Source: the human T2T-CHM13v2.0 reference genome, Homo sapiens
Assembly: GCF_009914755.1 (NCBI RefSeq)
Contig: NC_060926.1
Reading direction: 5' to 3' (one strand)
Length of the DNA: 64,000 nt
Numbering within the stretch: the first letter of the stretch is position 1; every line of letters begins with the position of its first letter. A program made the translations under genes and the position numbers. The notes beneath the pieces are model-generated. The model worked only from the letters and a program-made list of their open reading frames with translations. It did not search any database and had not been told where the DNA came from. Below are positions 1 through 12,540 of this stretch, in pieces.

Positions 1-590
1 AGTGCAGCCAGGATGAAAACCAGTATAAAGATTCCTTAAAAATTAGAAATAGAGCTACCATATGATCCAGTCAGTTCACTTCTGGATATTTATCCAAAAC
101 AATGAAATCAGGATACTGAAGAGATATTTGTATTCCCATATTCATTGCAGCATTTTTCACAATAAGCAAAAGGTGAAAATAACCTAATGAATGGATCAAA
201 AAATGTAGGTGTATACATACAATGGAATATTATTCAGCCACTTAAAAAAGAAAATCCTGGCATATGCTACAACATGGATGAATCTTGGAGACATTATGCT
301 GAGTGAAATAAGCCAGTCAGAGAGGAAAAATACTGCATGATTCTACTTATATGAGGCATCTGAAATAGTCAAACTCATCTTAGCAGAAAGTACAATGGTG
401 GTTGCCAGGAGCTAGGAGGATGGGAAAATGAGGAGTTTCTTTTCAGTCATATAAAGTTTCAGTCATGCAAGATGAAAAACTTCTTAGAAAGCTATTGTAT
501 AACAATGTGCTTACAGTAAACAACACACTTAAAATTTTAAGAGGGCAGATCTCAAGTTATATTTTTTTTGCCACAATAAAAAATAAATAC
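1..590 (+). mobile_element. Old L1 (L1MA/L1MB-type) 3' end, cut by the window start
   Basis: L1 3' motifs 'agagctaccatatgatccag' and 'caacatggatgaatcttggagacattatgctgagtgaaataagccag', followed by an A-rich tail near 575-590. Confidence 0.85.
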
Positions 591-1842
591 ATGAAGAAAA
601 GAACTTTAACTTTACCAGGGATAGTAGGAAAATAAGAGAATAAAGAAAGAGAAAGGTAAGCCCCTTCTGAAAGGTGGCCTCAGGAAAATCTGGGACTCTC
701 ATTCACACCCGGTGCCTTTGATCCTTTCTCTAAAAATGTTTTACACTGGGGAAAAAAATCCACAACATTGCGTTTAAGGCAACTACATACTGATTCATGT
801 AGATACATATTATGTTCATACAGAACAAGCCTGACCCCCCAGCTTGAGTATCTTTTTTGTCTGATAACTTATGATCATCTGGTAACTTAAGAAAAAAGGA
901 CATATGTAGATATATATAGACAGAGATGATACAGATAAAATATTTAATGAATGTGTAGAAGCTATTAGAGCATTTGTGTGTATGTTTCTTATAACTAAAG
1001 AAGAATAAAAAGAGAAAAAGATACATTTGTGTTATGTTCTATTTTTCCATTCTCTGTTCCAACAAGACAGTCTTTCTTCATTGAGGAGATTTTGCTGTCT
1101 CAGGAGAAGGAAGTGGAGGCCTTTCTCAGATCTTCCTGGGAAAGCTGAGGTGGAGAGGAGTTTGTTGGAGGAATTCAGAGGGTGACACAGCAAGAGAGTA
1201 AACATTCCACACGACTAGAAAGGAAGAAAGGTCTCTGTCCTGCTCCATTTGGGCATGGCAGGAAAGTGGCAGGACTTTTAGAATGGTTCCTTGGTGGAAG
1301 AGGAGACCCTTCTGGGCCTGAGCATAGAAACAGAAGAGCCACTTGCCTTTAAGTAACTCCAAGGGTTTGAATAAGTGGAAAGTCCTCAGTGACCATGGTG
1401 ACTCAGACACTCTCCTTCCATTTTCTGGGCACTTCGTAAACCTTCTGAATTTTTGTGCAAACTAGAGACATAGATAAGCACCTGCATTTAAAATTATGAG
1501 GTTCTAATTTCCCAGGTGGGTAAGGGACTCAGACTCATATTTTTTTTCTTTAATTGTGAAAATAACGTAATAGGCCATTTCTTCCATACCTCACATCGGG
1601 TAATAACATCTATAATCACAACACACAGGAAGCTATTCATGACATAATTATTTTATAAGTGAGAAAGATAGGTTATAAAACACTGTATGATATAAAAGTC
1701 AATTTTTGTAAAATAAAATAATATACTGAGTTCCTACAATAGGCCAGGCAATGAGCTGGTTGAGGCAGATTACAGAGGAGTGAGTTTCAGGGAAAAGGTT
1801 TTTCTGGAATATGTTTCTCCAGAACAATATATTATTCATTGC

Positions 1843-2150
1843 TGCTATAGACTGAATGTTTATGTCCCCCGCAAATTCACAGTGCAATCTAATTTTGAAT
1901 GCAATTATATTTGGAGGTGTTTCCTTTGGGAAGTGACTGGGTGATGAGGAGGAAGCCTTGTGAATGGGATTAGTCCCCCTACAAAAGAGAAGCCAGAGAC
2001 TTCCCTTGCCCTTTCTCCCATGTAAAGACACAGAAGAAGATGGCCAGCTATGAACCAGGAAGCAGAGCCTCACCAGATGGCACATCTTCAAGTTCCTTGA
2101 TCTTAAACTTCCCAGCCTTGAGAACTATGAGAAATAAATTTCTTATGCTT
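1843..2150 (+). mobile_element. MaLR solo LTR (MLT1A-like), 3' end truncated
   Basis: Starts 'tgctatagactgaatgtttatgtcccc'; contains 'gaatgggattagt' and 'gagaaataaatttc', typical of MLT1A. Confidence 0.8.
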
Positions 2151-2890
2151 ATGAGAAATTAAAGGGTGGGTGGAATCACCCCTGAGAAAAATGCTTTCTG
2201 CTGAGTGACTAATATTGAAACCTAGTTTAGCCTTCAAAGCTGCTAAGGCCCAGAATCACTGATACATGAATAAAATTTAAGAGAATAAGCAGCTGGATTT
2301 CTAGTATACTTAGTTTTCTATTTCAGAGTTTTATCAAAATAGAGCAAGAAAACTTCCATCAAAAGCAAGCATGTAGTAATAATAGTCTCAGCACCATCAA
2401 TACATATGGTCATTATACAGAGGGTACAAATCATTGTTTTCCTGTTGGCATCTGTGTCTTTTCTCTCACTGCTTTCATTTTGTTTCTAGGTAATTGAAGG
2501 CTGAGATCCAGGAAAGATAAACAGGGTTTTAAATGCTTCCATTAAAGAATAAAGTTATTATTGTTTCCTAAATCAAAGCTACATGTAGCCACAAGTTGAG
2601 GTAAACAATGACAATTAAAAATAAGACATTAACATTTCTACTTCCTGTAGCTGCTTGTCAATAAATGTAAATGCTGTAAATAGTCAACTAGAATTGAGAC
2701 CCAAAGAACTCTAAAAAGTAGTCACCAGAAAAGCAAATGTAATTAGATACTATAGGATCGTTAAATACAACTTTGTTACTACAGCTTTACCTTGGTATTT
2801 GAAAAAAAAAAGTTAAACAATATTTTTCTTTCAACTCAATATTTTCTTTAATGGAGTTTATTCCATTGTTTTATTGTTGGAAGAAGTGTA

Positions 2891-3174
2891 CAGATGGTCC
2901 TGACTCACAATTGTTCAAATTAAGATTTCTCAACTTTATGATGATGCAAAAGTGATATGCCATCAGTAGAAACTGTACCTCAAATTTTAAAGCGAGTCAC
3001 AGCTCCCAGTCAGCCATGCAATCACGAAGGTAAACAACCAATACAGTGTGCTGTGTTACCAGAATTTTTAGCCATGCCATCAGGGCTACAAAATGTCAAT
3101 TTTTGACTTACAATATTTTCCAGTGGCAATGGGTTTATCACCACATACCCCCATTGTAAGTCAAGGAGCATATG
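2891..3174. mobile_element. TcMar-Tigger MITE (MER47-like)
   Basis: Terminal inverted repeats 'cagatggtcctgactcacaat' and 'attgtaagtcaaggagcatatg'; TA immediately 5'. Confidence 0.8.
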
Positions 3175-3864
3175 CATTTGCTCTTTCAGTCATCTTATTT
3201 TAATGATTGTTTTATTTTTGCTTCTTATCTATTTTCTTTGTTTTCTCTCTTCTATTTGATGGTCTATATTACCTGTGATATCTACTTTCAGCATATTATA
3301 AATCGTGTGTTCTGTTTTTAGTTCCACTAGTGTTTACCTTTGTATCTTTTATAACATTGATTAAGCATATACTTGTCAGTTTATCAAGTTCAAGAATGAA
3401 ATAACATCTATTAACTTCCTCCTAAGTAAATTGCAAACTATACATCCTCAGCCTAGTCCCATTCCACTACACACACCCTAGTTTTTGTTTTTATACTCTG
3501 TAATTTTGAAATCATTATTATGGTATTATTTTATTCAAGAATTTTAAGGAATTATATTTCCCTTTTATTAGATTCATTTCTATGTTTACATAAACTCAAA
3601 GCCCACCATCAGCTTTTTCACACCATGAATTTCCCATTCAAGAATACTTTATTTTAGTTTTTCCATATATTGGCTGAATCGCATATTTAAATGAAGATTT
3701 TGGTAATGTAGTTACATAAGTAGTATATTTTCCTGAGTCGTTGGATACATAAAAATATTTTCTTGTTGACTTTACATAGAGTTGACAGCCTGGTTACATA
3801 AAGAATACTTGGATTAAACCATTCTTCTCTGAAAATTCAGTAGAGGATGCCTCCTGGTCTTCTG

Positions 3865-4065
3865 AGAGTACAGCAGGAGGTGAAGAGCACAGGACCTAGA
3901 ATCATGTAAACATCTAATTTTAGCTCCGCTAATTACTTGCTAGACCTTTGCAAATTACATAATGCATACTTTTACTTAGTTTCCTAAATCTCATTGTTCT
4001 TATCTGTAAAATGAGACTATTCCTTACTTCCCAGGTTTAAGGTAAGGAATTAATGGCATGATCTA
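3865..4065 (+). mobile_element. MIR relic
   Basis: MIR core-like 'ttatctgtaaaatgagactat' preceded by 'gaagagcacaggacctagaatca'. Confidence 0.6.
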
Positions 4066-4069
4066 TATT

Positions 4070-4418
4070 AGTGCTAATAAAAATATAGTGTAAACCACAT
4101 TTATAGTTTTAATTTTTCTAGCAGTCACATTAAAAAGGTAAAACTAATTTGGATATTTATAATTTAAATAAAAATAATAATTATACTTAACCCAATAGGT
4201 TCAATAATATACATCATTTCAACATGTAAAACATTATTGAGATATTACATTCTTTATTATACTGAGAATTCTAAATATAGTGTATATTTTATACTTATAC
4301 CATATAGCTATACCATTCAGTTATAGCATTTGCATGTCACATATATCAATTTGGACTGCCACATTTTATGTCCTCAGTAGCCACATGAGTCCAGTGTCTG
4401 CTATACTGGAGAGGGCAG
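4070..4418. mobile_element. hAT-Charlie MITE (MER33-like)
   Basis: 'ttttaatttttctagcagtcacattaaaaag', 'catttcaacatgt' and 'cagtagccacatg' match my recall of MER33. Confidence 0.75.
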
Positions 4419-4609
4419 GGCTACATACTATGACTCAGTAGAGTTTCTGGCACACACATTCTCTAAATAGTACATATTTTTAATTGTTTTAATGGCATAG
4501 AGGAGAACTATCAGAAAAATCTCTCTTACTTTCTTACTAAATCATCTGTTCCTTCTGCCTAAATAAATATATGCAAGAGTCTTCATTATTTTTTCATGTT
4601 AAGAAATGT

Positions 4610-6250
4610 TTATTAGTAAACTTTTTATTGCTATAGAACATAATATTGAAGAGAGCAAAAATCATGTTTCACCCAAAGGATAGTCACAAAGTGAACATGT
4701 AATCAACACTCAGATTCTTAGTCTCCCTAGGTGACTTCAAACATTATGATGTTTAATTTCACCTAGTTTTGAACTTCCCACAAACATAAAGATGCAATAT
4801 GTGTCCTTTTACATCTTGCTTCTTTTAGTCAGCATTATATCTCAGCCATATTGTTGCATATGTTTTTTGGAATATAATTCCCATTTTTTGTAAAGTAATC
4901 CATTGTATGAACATACCATAATTTATTTATTCACTGTTCCATTCGACTGCTCTTAGACTTTTTAGCTCCTAATTAATTCCAGTTTGGAGCTCATGCAGAA
5001 AAGAGTTAACATAGCAGGCCATACTGCTATCCCTAGACAAGGCTGCACCTACTGTTGGCCCTTGACTAGCATGTAAGAACTTGGATTTTGGAGTAAGTAA
5101 CTAGTAATAGTGTCTCATTGTGCCCAAATGGTTTGTAGAAACAATGTGGTTTATGCTGAACACCTGCTTTCCTTCTGGGAGTCTGGAATTCTGCTACGTT
5201 CCAGGCAGAGGCTGCATATTTGTCCATCCCCCAATAAAAAAAAAAAAACACCTGAACACCAAGTCTCTAATGGGTTTCTCTGGTAGACAGCATTTCACAT
5301 GTGTTGTCACAACTTGCTGTTCAAGGGATTAAGTGTGTCCTGTGCGATTAATTGGGAGAAGACTCTGGGAACTTGCACCATGTTTCCTCTGGATTTTGCC
5401 CCATGAGTCTTTTCCTTGCCCTGATTTTACTTTGTATCCTTTCACTGTAATGAATCATAACCATGAGCATGACTCTAGTTGTGCTGAGTCCTGTGAGTCC
5501 TATAAATCATCAAAACTGAGTTGTCTTGGCAATATCTGACACAGGGCCATTACAAACAATGTTGCTATGAATATTCTTGCACATGCCTGTTGGACAATAT
5601 ATGTGAAATATATATCGCAGAGTAGAATAATTGGGCAATATGGTATGAATATGTTCATCACTACTAAATATTGACAAATAGTTTTCCAAAGTGGTTATAT
5701 TGATTTACAACTCCTATCAATAATTGATGAGAGTTCTAGTTGCTAAACATCCTCTCCAACACTTGACATTGTCATTTTAGCCAGTCTGGTGGGTGTAGAG
5801 TGGCATCACATTTTGGTTTTAATTTGCAATTTACTTGATGACCAAATAAAGTTGAGATCCTTTTTATAGGTCTATGGGCTACCAAGATATCCCCTATTGT
5901 GAAGTGTCTATTCAAGTCATTTGCCAATGTTTCCACTGGGCTATCTGACATTTTCTTACTGATGTGCAAGCATTCTTTAAGTATTATGGATATGTAAGAC
6001 CTTTATATATATAAGTATTCATATGTGTGTCAAATACATGACAAATAAACTCCCACTCACTCTTTTAATGATAACTTATGATAATAAGTTCTTAACTTTA
6101 ATGTAGTTTAATTTATCAATGTTTTTCTTTATAGTTAGCAATTTGTGTATCTTGTTTAAACAGTATGTATTACTCCAGAATCACAAAGATTTTATTCTCC
6201 TATTCTTCTAAATGCCATACTTCATTACCTTTTACATTTAGATTAGAAAG
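4610..6250 (-). mobile_element. Old L1M fragment interrupted by an LTR
   Basis: Antisense L1 3' motifs 'ccattgtatgaacataccataatttatt', 'gctatgaatattcttg' and 'tgtctattcaagtcatttgcc'. Confidence 0.75.
4994..5543 (+). mobile_element. ERV solo LTR (MER21-like) nested in L1M
   Basis: TG...CA ends; 'aaaagagttaacatagcaggcc..ctgctatcc' and 'tgtgctgagtcctgtgagtcc'; splits a contiguous L1 motif (ccagtttgg...ccattacaaacaatgttgctatg). Confidence 0.8.
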
Positions 6251-7543
6251 GATTCTCTGTCTGTTGTAAGGTCTTTCTTTTTTCTTGAAGCCCGATAATG
6301 CCAGGATCTGGCTCACAATTGAGTATTACTATTTTTATCTGGAATCTGGTTTACTCTTTTGATCTAGAGGTTTACTGTTTACCTCAGTTCAAGAAAGATT
6401 TTTTTAAATGTATACCTTAATAATTTCCTATTCCAGTTGCAATTGTTTTTTTACTTCAGGAACACTATTTCCTCCACCATATATGCTTTATTTGTTAGTA
6501 TTTTTTTAGAAGTTATGCCACCCTTCCCATTTTATTCTTTTATTGTTCTTTCAATTTTATCTCTTATTTCACAGAGTTTACAAAAGAGGATAAGAATAAG
6601 GTCTTAGAAATGATAATTTTGTAAGACAATAACAGCAAAAAAAAAGACAGCTGGGCTCAAGCAAATGAATATAGTAGTCAATATTGCTGGTAAAAAAAGA
6701 TTTTCTTAAATTATACATGAAATGATACACATAATAAGTGGCAAAGGAATTCATAGGACTGAGGAATGACATTGGTCTAGGGTAATTAAGAAATGCACCT
6801 CAGAGAAGTTAATGAGTTTGATGATATATAAGTAGAACATTACTGTGGTAAAAGCTAAAATATGCATAATTGCTGATATTATAGTGATTTTGGCAATATA
6901 TCCAACCACTATAGACCAAACAAATTTGCAATGACAGACTGTAAGTGTGTACTTTTAATAATAAATGCAAATATAAATTTTTATTTGGCACAAATTTTCC
7001 ATTTGTTCATAGAAATTTATGAAACTCAAAAAACAACAATTAAATGTGGCGAAGTAATTATAACTCTACATTTGATGAACTTTGGATTTCCTTGACACTA
7101 TCTCAAGGCTCAGTTTTGTGTTCAATAAACTTAAAAATCACCATTTATATTTTAGAACCATTTTATAGCTTTTATCGGATGGGAAAATAGAGCTAATCTT
7201 AATCAGTATTTTCACAGAACAAAATATTTCCATCATAATTGAAATTGTCCATGGGTCTTGGGAATATAATATATTTGCGAGCTATTATAGTTTGCATTCA
7301 ACATCAAAATAAATATGTATAAAACAAAATTTATTCTAATTTTCTGAAATAGCTTCAGCTATGTTTCTCCTCTTCTGTTTGAGAATTTTGCATTGCTCCA
7401 ATAAAAATGTGATAAATATGTCATAAATATGAGTATGTTGGTTTATTTCTCTCTTGATGTTTTAAAATGCAAATGAGGCAGACAGCAGGACATCTCCAAA
7501 GAGATCCCACTGAGCATCGCCATCTTGTTAATTAATCACTTAC

Positions 7544-7614
7544 CAGGAACTAGACCTCCATTTTGCAGCCTCAAAGACCTGATCTTTCCTGTACATTGAA
7601 AATGGATCATGAAC
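7544..7614 (-). other. Candidate 71-nt exon
   Basis: aatgcttcag|GTTCAT...TTCCTG|gtaagt; consensus donor, two open frames. Confidence 0.2.
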
Positions 7615-7714
7615 CTGAAGCATTAATTCAAAATTCAAAAGGATAAACTTCCAGTAGGAAATAAGATTCTAAACAGAACTAGAATATTTGTTATGTATCC
7701 CTAAGAAAATACAA

Positions 7715-8144
7715 TATATTAGTCTGTTTTCATACTGCTATATAAAGAACTGCCTGAGAGTGTATTAGTCCATTTTCATACTGCTATAAAGAACTGCCTG
7801 AGACTGGGTAATTTATAAAGGAAATAGGTTTAACTGACTCACAGTTCAGCATGGCTGGGGAAGCCTCAGGAAACTTACAATCATGGCAGAAGGCAAAGGG
7901 GAAGCAAGCCACCTTCTTCACCAGGTGGCAGGAAGGAGAAGAGCTGAGCAAAGGGGAAAGAGCCCCTTACAAAACCATCAGATCTTGTGAGAACTCACTC
8001 ACTATCACAAAAACAGCATGGGGGAAATGGCCCACATGATCCAACTACTCTCCACCTGGTTTCTCCCTTGACACGTGGGGATTATGGGGATTCTAATTCG
8101 AGATAAGATTTGGGTGGGGACTCAAAGAAACCAAGTTATAATCA
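7715..8144 (-). mobile_element. MaLR solo LTR (MSTA/THE1D-like) with a duplicated terminal ~45 bp
   Basis: 'tgtattagtccattttcatactgctataaag', 'gcctcaggaaacttacaatcatggcagaagg' and 'gatttgggtgggga'. Confidence 0.85.
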
Positions 8145-8487
8145 GAGGTCAGGTTTTAAAAAGGGTAATAATTACTTAGAAAAATAAAATATTTATTATA
8201 CTCTGTTTAAAATACAATTAGGTATTCTTTTTACACAGAAAATAAAAATTCAAATGCTTTAGAGGCTAGGCAGGTAATATGAGTTAGCAAAGTCATCCCA
8301 AATGAACTTTGGTCAACTGAAGTGCAACCAAGGTGTTTACAAAAGGAACTACCAGATATTCAATTCTAGCTGATCATCATCACAGGGAGTGTAGACCCAA
8401 GTGTTGACAGAACTTCTGATTTTTTAAAGAGACTCTGGAACTTTACATTTTTAATGTTTATCTTCAGATTTTTTTAATGTTAATAAT

Positions 8488-9270
8488 TATAATAGAATAA
8501 TGGCCTCACAAAATGCCCCTGACCTATTCCCAGGAACCTGTTACCTTGCATGCCAAAAGGGACTTTGCAGATGATCAAGAACCTTGAGATGGAAAGATTA
8601 TCCTGTATTCTCCAAGTGTGCCCAGTGTAATTCCAAAAGTCCTTACAAGGGGCAGAGGGAGGCAGGAGGAACACAGTGAGGGAAGGGGACATGGTAACAA
8701 AAACAAGGGTCAGAGTCAGAGAGTGCGATCTGAAAATGCAACGTTTCTGGCTTAAAAAACCAAACACCGCATATTCTCACTCATAGTTGGGAATTGAACA
8801 ATGAGAACACATGGACACAGGAAGGGGAACATCACACTCTGGGGACTGTTGTGGGGTGGGGGGAGGGGGGAGGGATAGCATTGGGAGATATACCTAATGC
8901 TAAATGACGAGTTAATGGGTGCAGCACACCAGCATGGCACATGTATACATATGTAACTAACCTACACATTGTGCACATGTACCCTAAAACTTAAAGTATA
9001 ATAATAATAAAATAAAATAAATAAAAAAATAAAGACAGAAGAGGGGGCCACAAGATAAGGAATGCGGGAGGACCTAGAAGTTAGAGAAGACAAGGAACTG
9101 ATTGTCCCCTAGCATCTCCAGAAGGAACAAAGCCTGCTCATACTTTGATTTTAGCCAGATAAGACACATTTCAGACTTCTTCCTCCAGAAATGGAAGATA
9201 ATAACTCTGTACTGTTTTAAGCCACTAGATTTGTGGTCATTTGTTATAGCAGTGTTAGAAAACTAACACA
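8488..9270 (+). mobile_element. MaLR LTR (MLT1D-like) interrupted by L1PA
   Basis: 'agaataatggcc', 'aaaagggactttgcagatg', and end 'ttgttatagcagtgttagaaaactaacaca'. Confidence 0.8.
8754..9030 (+). mobile_element. Young L1 (L1PA3-like) 3' UTR fragment
   Basis: Near-consensus L1PA 3' UTR ('gggagatatacctaatgctaaatgacgagttaatgggtgcagcacaccagc'), G-tract and poly(A). Confidence 0.95.
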
Positions 9271-9399
9271 ATATTTTAAAAAACAACAAAAACCAAAAAC
9301 CAAACAAGTCAAGTTAATGATATACGTGAGCCAAATTCAGCTTTAGGCCTTAAATTTAGTATATTTGAAGAAAATACTGAAGGTAGCCTTACCAAAAAA

Positions 9400-9760
9400 T
9401 GCCTTAATTGGGTCAGGCTGCTATAACAAAAGCCGTTGGTGGCTTAAACAGCAAACATTTGTTTCTTATAGTTCTGGTGGCTGGGAAGACGAAGATCAAG
9501 ATGTCAGAAGATTTGATTCTTAGCAAGGGCCCTCTTCATAGCTTGTAGGTGACCACTGTCTCACTGTATTCTCACATGGCAAAGAGAGAGAACACTTGTG
9601 TCTTTTATAAGGGCATGAATTCCATCATGAGGGCCTCATCCTTGTGATCTAATCTAACCCCAGTTACCTCCCAAAGGCTGCACCTTCAAATACTATCACA
9701 CTGGGGATTAGGACTTCAACGTGTGAATTTTAGGGCTACACAAACATTTACTCTGTAGCA
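9400..9760 (-). mobile_element. MaLR solo LTR (MLT1A-like)
   Basis: 'caggctgctataacaaa', 'ggctgggaag..aagatcaag', and end 'caaacatttactctgtagca'. Confidence 0.8.
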
Positions 9761-10497
9761 GACAGTAATGTTTAAAGTATTGGATAACTTAAAATGAGAT
9801 CATGCCTGTAAAGTCCAGGGATGATGCTGTCAGTGTTTTATGTCTTGACTCTGCTTTTTCCTTTCTGAGTTTCTCTACCCAATCAATTCCTCTTGTGATT
9901 GCCTGATCCATGTTTTTCACCAGTCCTATTGGCCCAGTAGTCCCCCAGTGTCTTTAAGACAGTTCTGCAGGTCTCTTTTCCAAACCTTTACATGTTATTT
10001 TCATAATATAATCTTCAGAGGAATAAATCTTACTTTATCTCCAGGTTCTCAGAGGAAGCTTCATGGTGGCTCTCAAGTGCAATCAATAAAATCTAAGACA
10101 TAAAAGGAAAATCTAAGACACAAAAATGTGTTCATAAAATAGACTGCAAGAATAGAACCATATTAATAACATTTTTTCTTTGCTACTCATTGGGATTTGT
10201 TCCCACAAATTGGACTTCAAACTTCCAAATCTAATCACGTATTATTTTATCATTAAAACCAAACAGCTTGCCACGCAAAGTTAATGTGTTAAATCCTTTT
10301 CATTTTCATCTTCAATCTTCTATAATGTTCAATAGTGCCCTGTTTTATTTCACATCAGATATAATCAACAGACCCCACCACATATCCTCATTATTCTCTG
10401 ACAAACAACACAGCACTTGTAGACCATCTTCCCTTTTTTCCCTTAATTACTATTTTTTTTGTAAACTTATTTTTCAACTATTTAAATTGAATGAACA

Positions 10498-10617
10498 ACT
10501 ACCTATTGGGTACGACATTCACTATTTAGGCAATGGGCACACTAAAAGCCACTAGACAATATATTGATGTAACAAAACTGCACTTGTACCCCCAGGATCT
10601 ATAAAAATAAAATAAAA
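10498..10617 (+). mobile_element. Very short L1 (L1MA/L1PB-type) 3' end with 15-bp TSD
   Basis: 'atgtaacaaaactgcacttgtacccc' plus A tail; TSD taaattgaatgaaca at 10483-10497 and 10618-10632. Confidence 0.85.
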
Positions 10618-10728
10618 TAAATTGAATGAACATTGCTCTGTGTTACTGAAGATTCCTATTTGATTTACTTTCTCTACACACAAGCATTTGAATGGATTTT
10701 CCACGATTATCCTATTGTTCAACAATTA

Positions 10729-10959
<231 letters not shown>

Positions 10960-10999
10960 TTAGCTACTACATTGATTGTCCTATGACTAAAGGTTAAGA

Positions 11000-11400
11000 A
11001 ATAAAGTAGTTGGGTCCAAAGCTGAGTGATATTTTAAAGATTATTGACCATTATTGCCAAGTTAATTCCACCAAACTATACTCATTTGCACTGGTACTTT
11101 GCTGGTACCAGGTATTCTCCCCTACCCAACCTTTGCTAATTTGGCAGGCCCCAAATGGTATCCCATTTTATGTACTTTTCTTTGACCACAGTGAGGGTGA
11201 ACATTTGTTCAAATGTTTATTGATTATTAGTATTTTATCTGAAAAGTGCATGCTTGAGCCCTTTCACACTGTTGTCTATTGGGGTTCCTCTTTTTCTTAT
11301 TGACTTATAAAGACATTTAAAAATATATACAGCCTATTAGCCTTGTCATATGTATAGTGTGAACATTTTTCATCTCCATTTTTATTTTGTTTATAGTGGG
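11000..11400 (-). mobile_element. Highly diverged L1M fragment
   Basis: 'gagggtgaacatttgttcaaatgtttattgattatt' resembles antisense L1 ORF2 3' region. Confidence 0.5.
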
Positions 11401-11474
11401 GTTTCAGAAAACCATTTGATACCTTTGTGCTTTCTGGCATGTCTTAATTTTCCTGTCACTGACACAGCATTAGA

Positions 11475-11700
11475 TACTTACTATTTATTAAGTAGCTTCT
11501 ATACATAAAACATTTTTTAGGTGTTTTACACACATGGCCGTTAATATTTGTAAATAACCCTGTATGGTAGGTACTGTTATTTTATAGATAAGGATATCAA
11601 AGCTTAGAGAGGGAAGCTGTCTTGCTCACAGCTAAATAGCTAGTAATTGGCAGGATTTAAATACAGTTCTAGCCAACATGAAGCCCTTCTTCTTTTTACT
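11475..11700 (-). mobile_element. MIR relic
   Basis: 'ttttatagataaggatatcaaagcttagagag' resembles the antisense MIR core. Confidence 0.6.
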
Positions 11701-12319
11701 GTATAATATGCCTTACACACACACACATGACCTTCTGGTTCCTGCTTCACTGTACTCACCCAAGTCATGACTCTCTAACCTAAAACCCCATCTGCCCAAA
11801 CCCTATCCATTCTTCATGGTCTAACTCAAGTTTTGCTTCCTTCCATTCAAAGATATACTGTTTTGTGTGTGAGAAAGACCATGATATACTGTAATGCCAA
11901 AAATGTTAAGTTACCACATGATATTAAGTATAAACTATATTTTCAAACAAAGTATAAAGTGGGAAGTTTGATAAATTAATGGAGCAGGCTGAACTTCATG
12001 GTGTGAGGAATAAACAGGGGATAAGGAAAGAGTCTTTGAAAAGGAACCTGTCAGATGATCTTGGGAAAGCTGACTACAGATCTCTCAGTGCTCAGGAACT
12101 TCGAGGGTAAGTAGGAAGGGGCAGCCTAGCCAGTCCAATCCCTTGCTGGTTACTCATGGAGTCAGGGTACCAAATGGGGATACCAGAATAGATGATCAAA
12201 AAAATTTCCTGACATCAAAGTCTGCACTATTTTGATGGGTTGGATGGAGGAGTAGATAATAAAAAAACAGTGAGCCTCTGAATGGACCAAGAAAATATCA
12301 CCACTTAGGAAGGGAAAGG

Positions 12320-12485
12320 CAAAGAAAAGAGCAGCTTAGGAATGTTGAAGCCAAGTGAGTGATGAACAATCCTTTTCTATTTGGTAAGAAGAAAAGAGAG
12401 TAGAAGAACACTGGAAGCTTAAAGGAAGAAAAAGAATGAAGGAAGAAGGGAAGAAAGGGAGGGAGAGAGGAAGGAAGAGAGAAGG
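12320..12485. repeat. GA-rich low-complexity tract
   Basis: Purine-dominated runs such as ggaagaagggaagaaagggagggagagaggaagg. Confidence 0.7.
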
Positions 12486-12540
12486 TGATTATCATTTTTA
12501 AGTTCAATCTAGAAAAAATCTAACACTGAACTATGGAATT

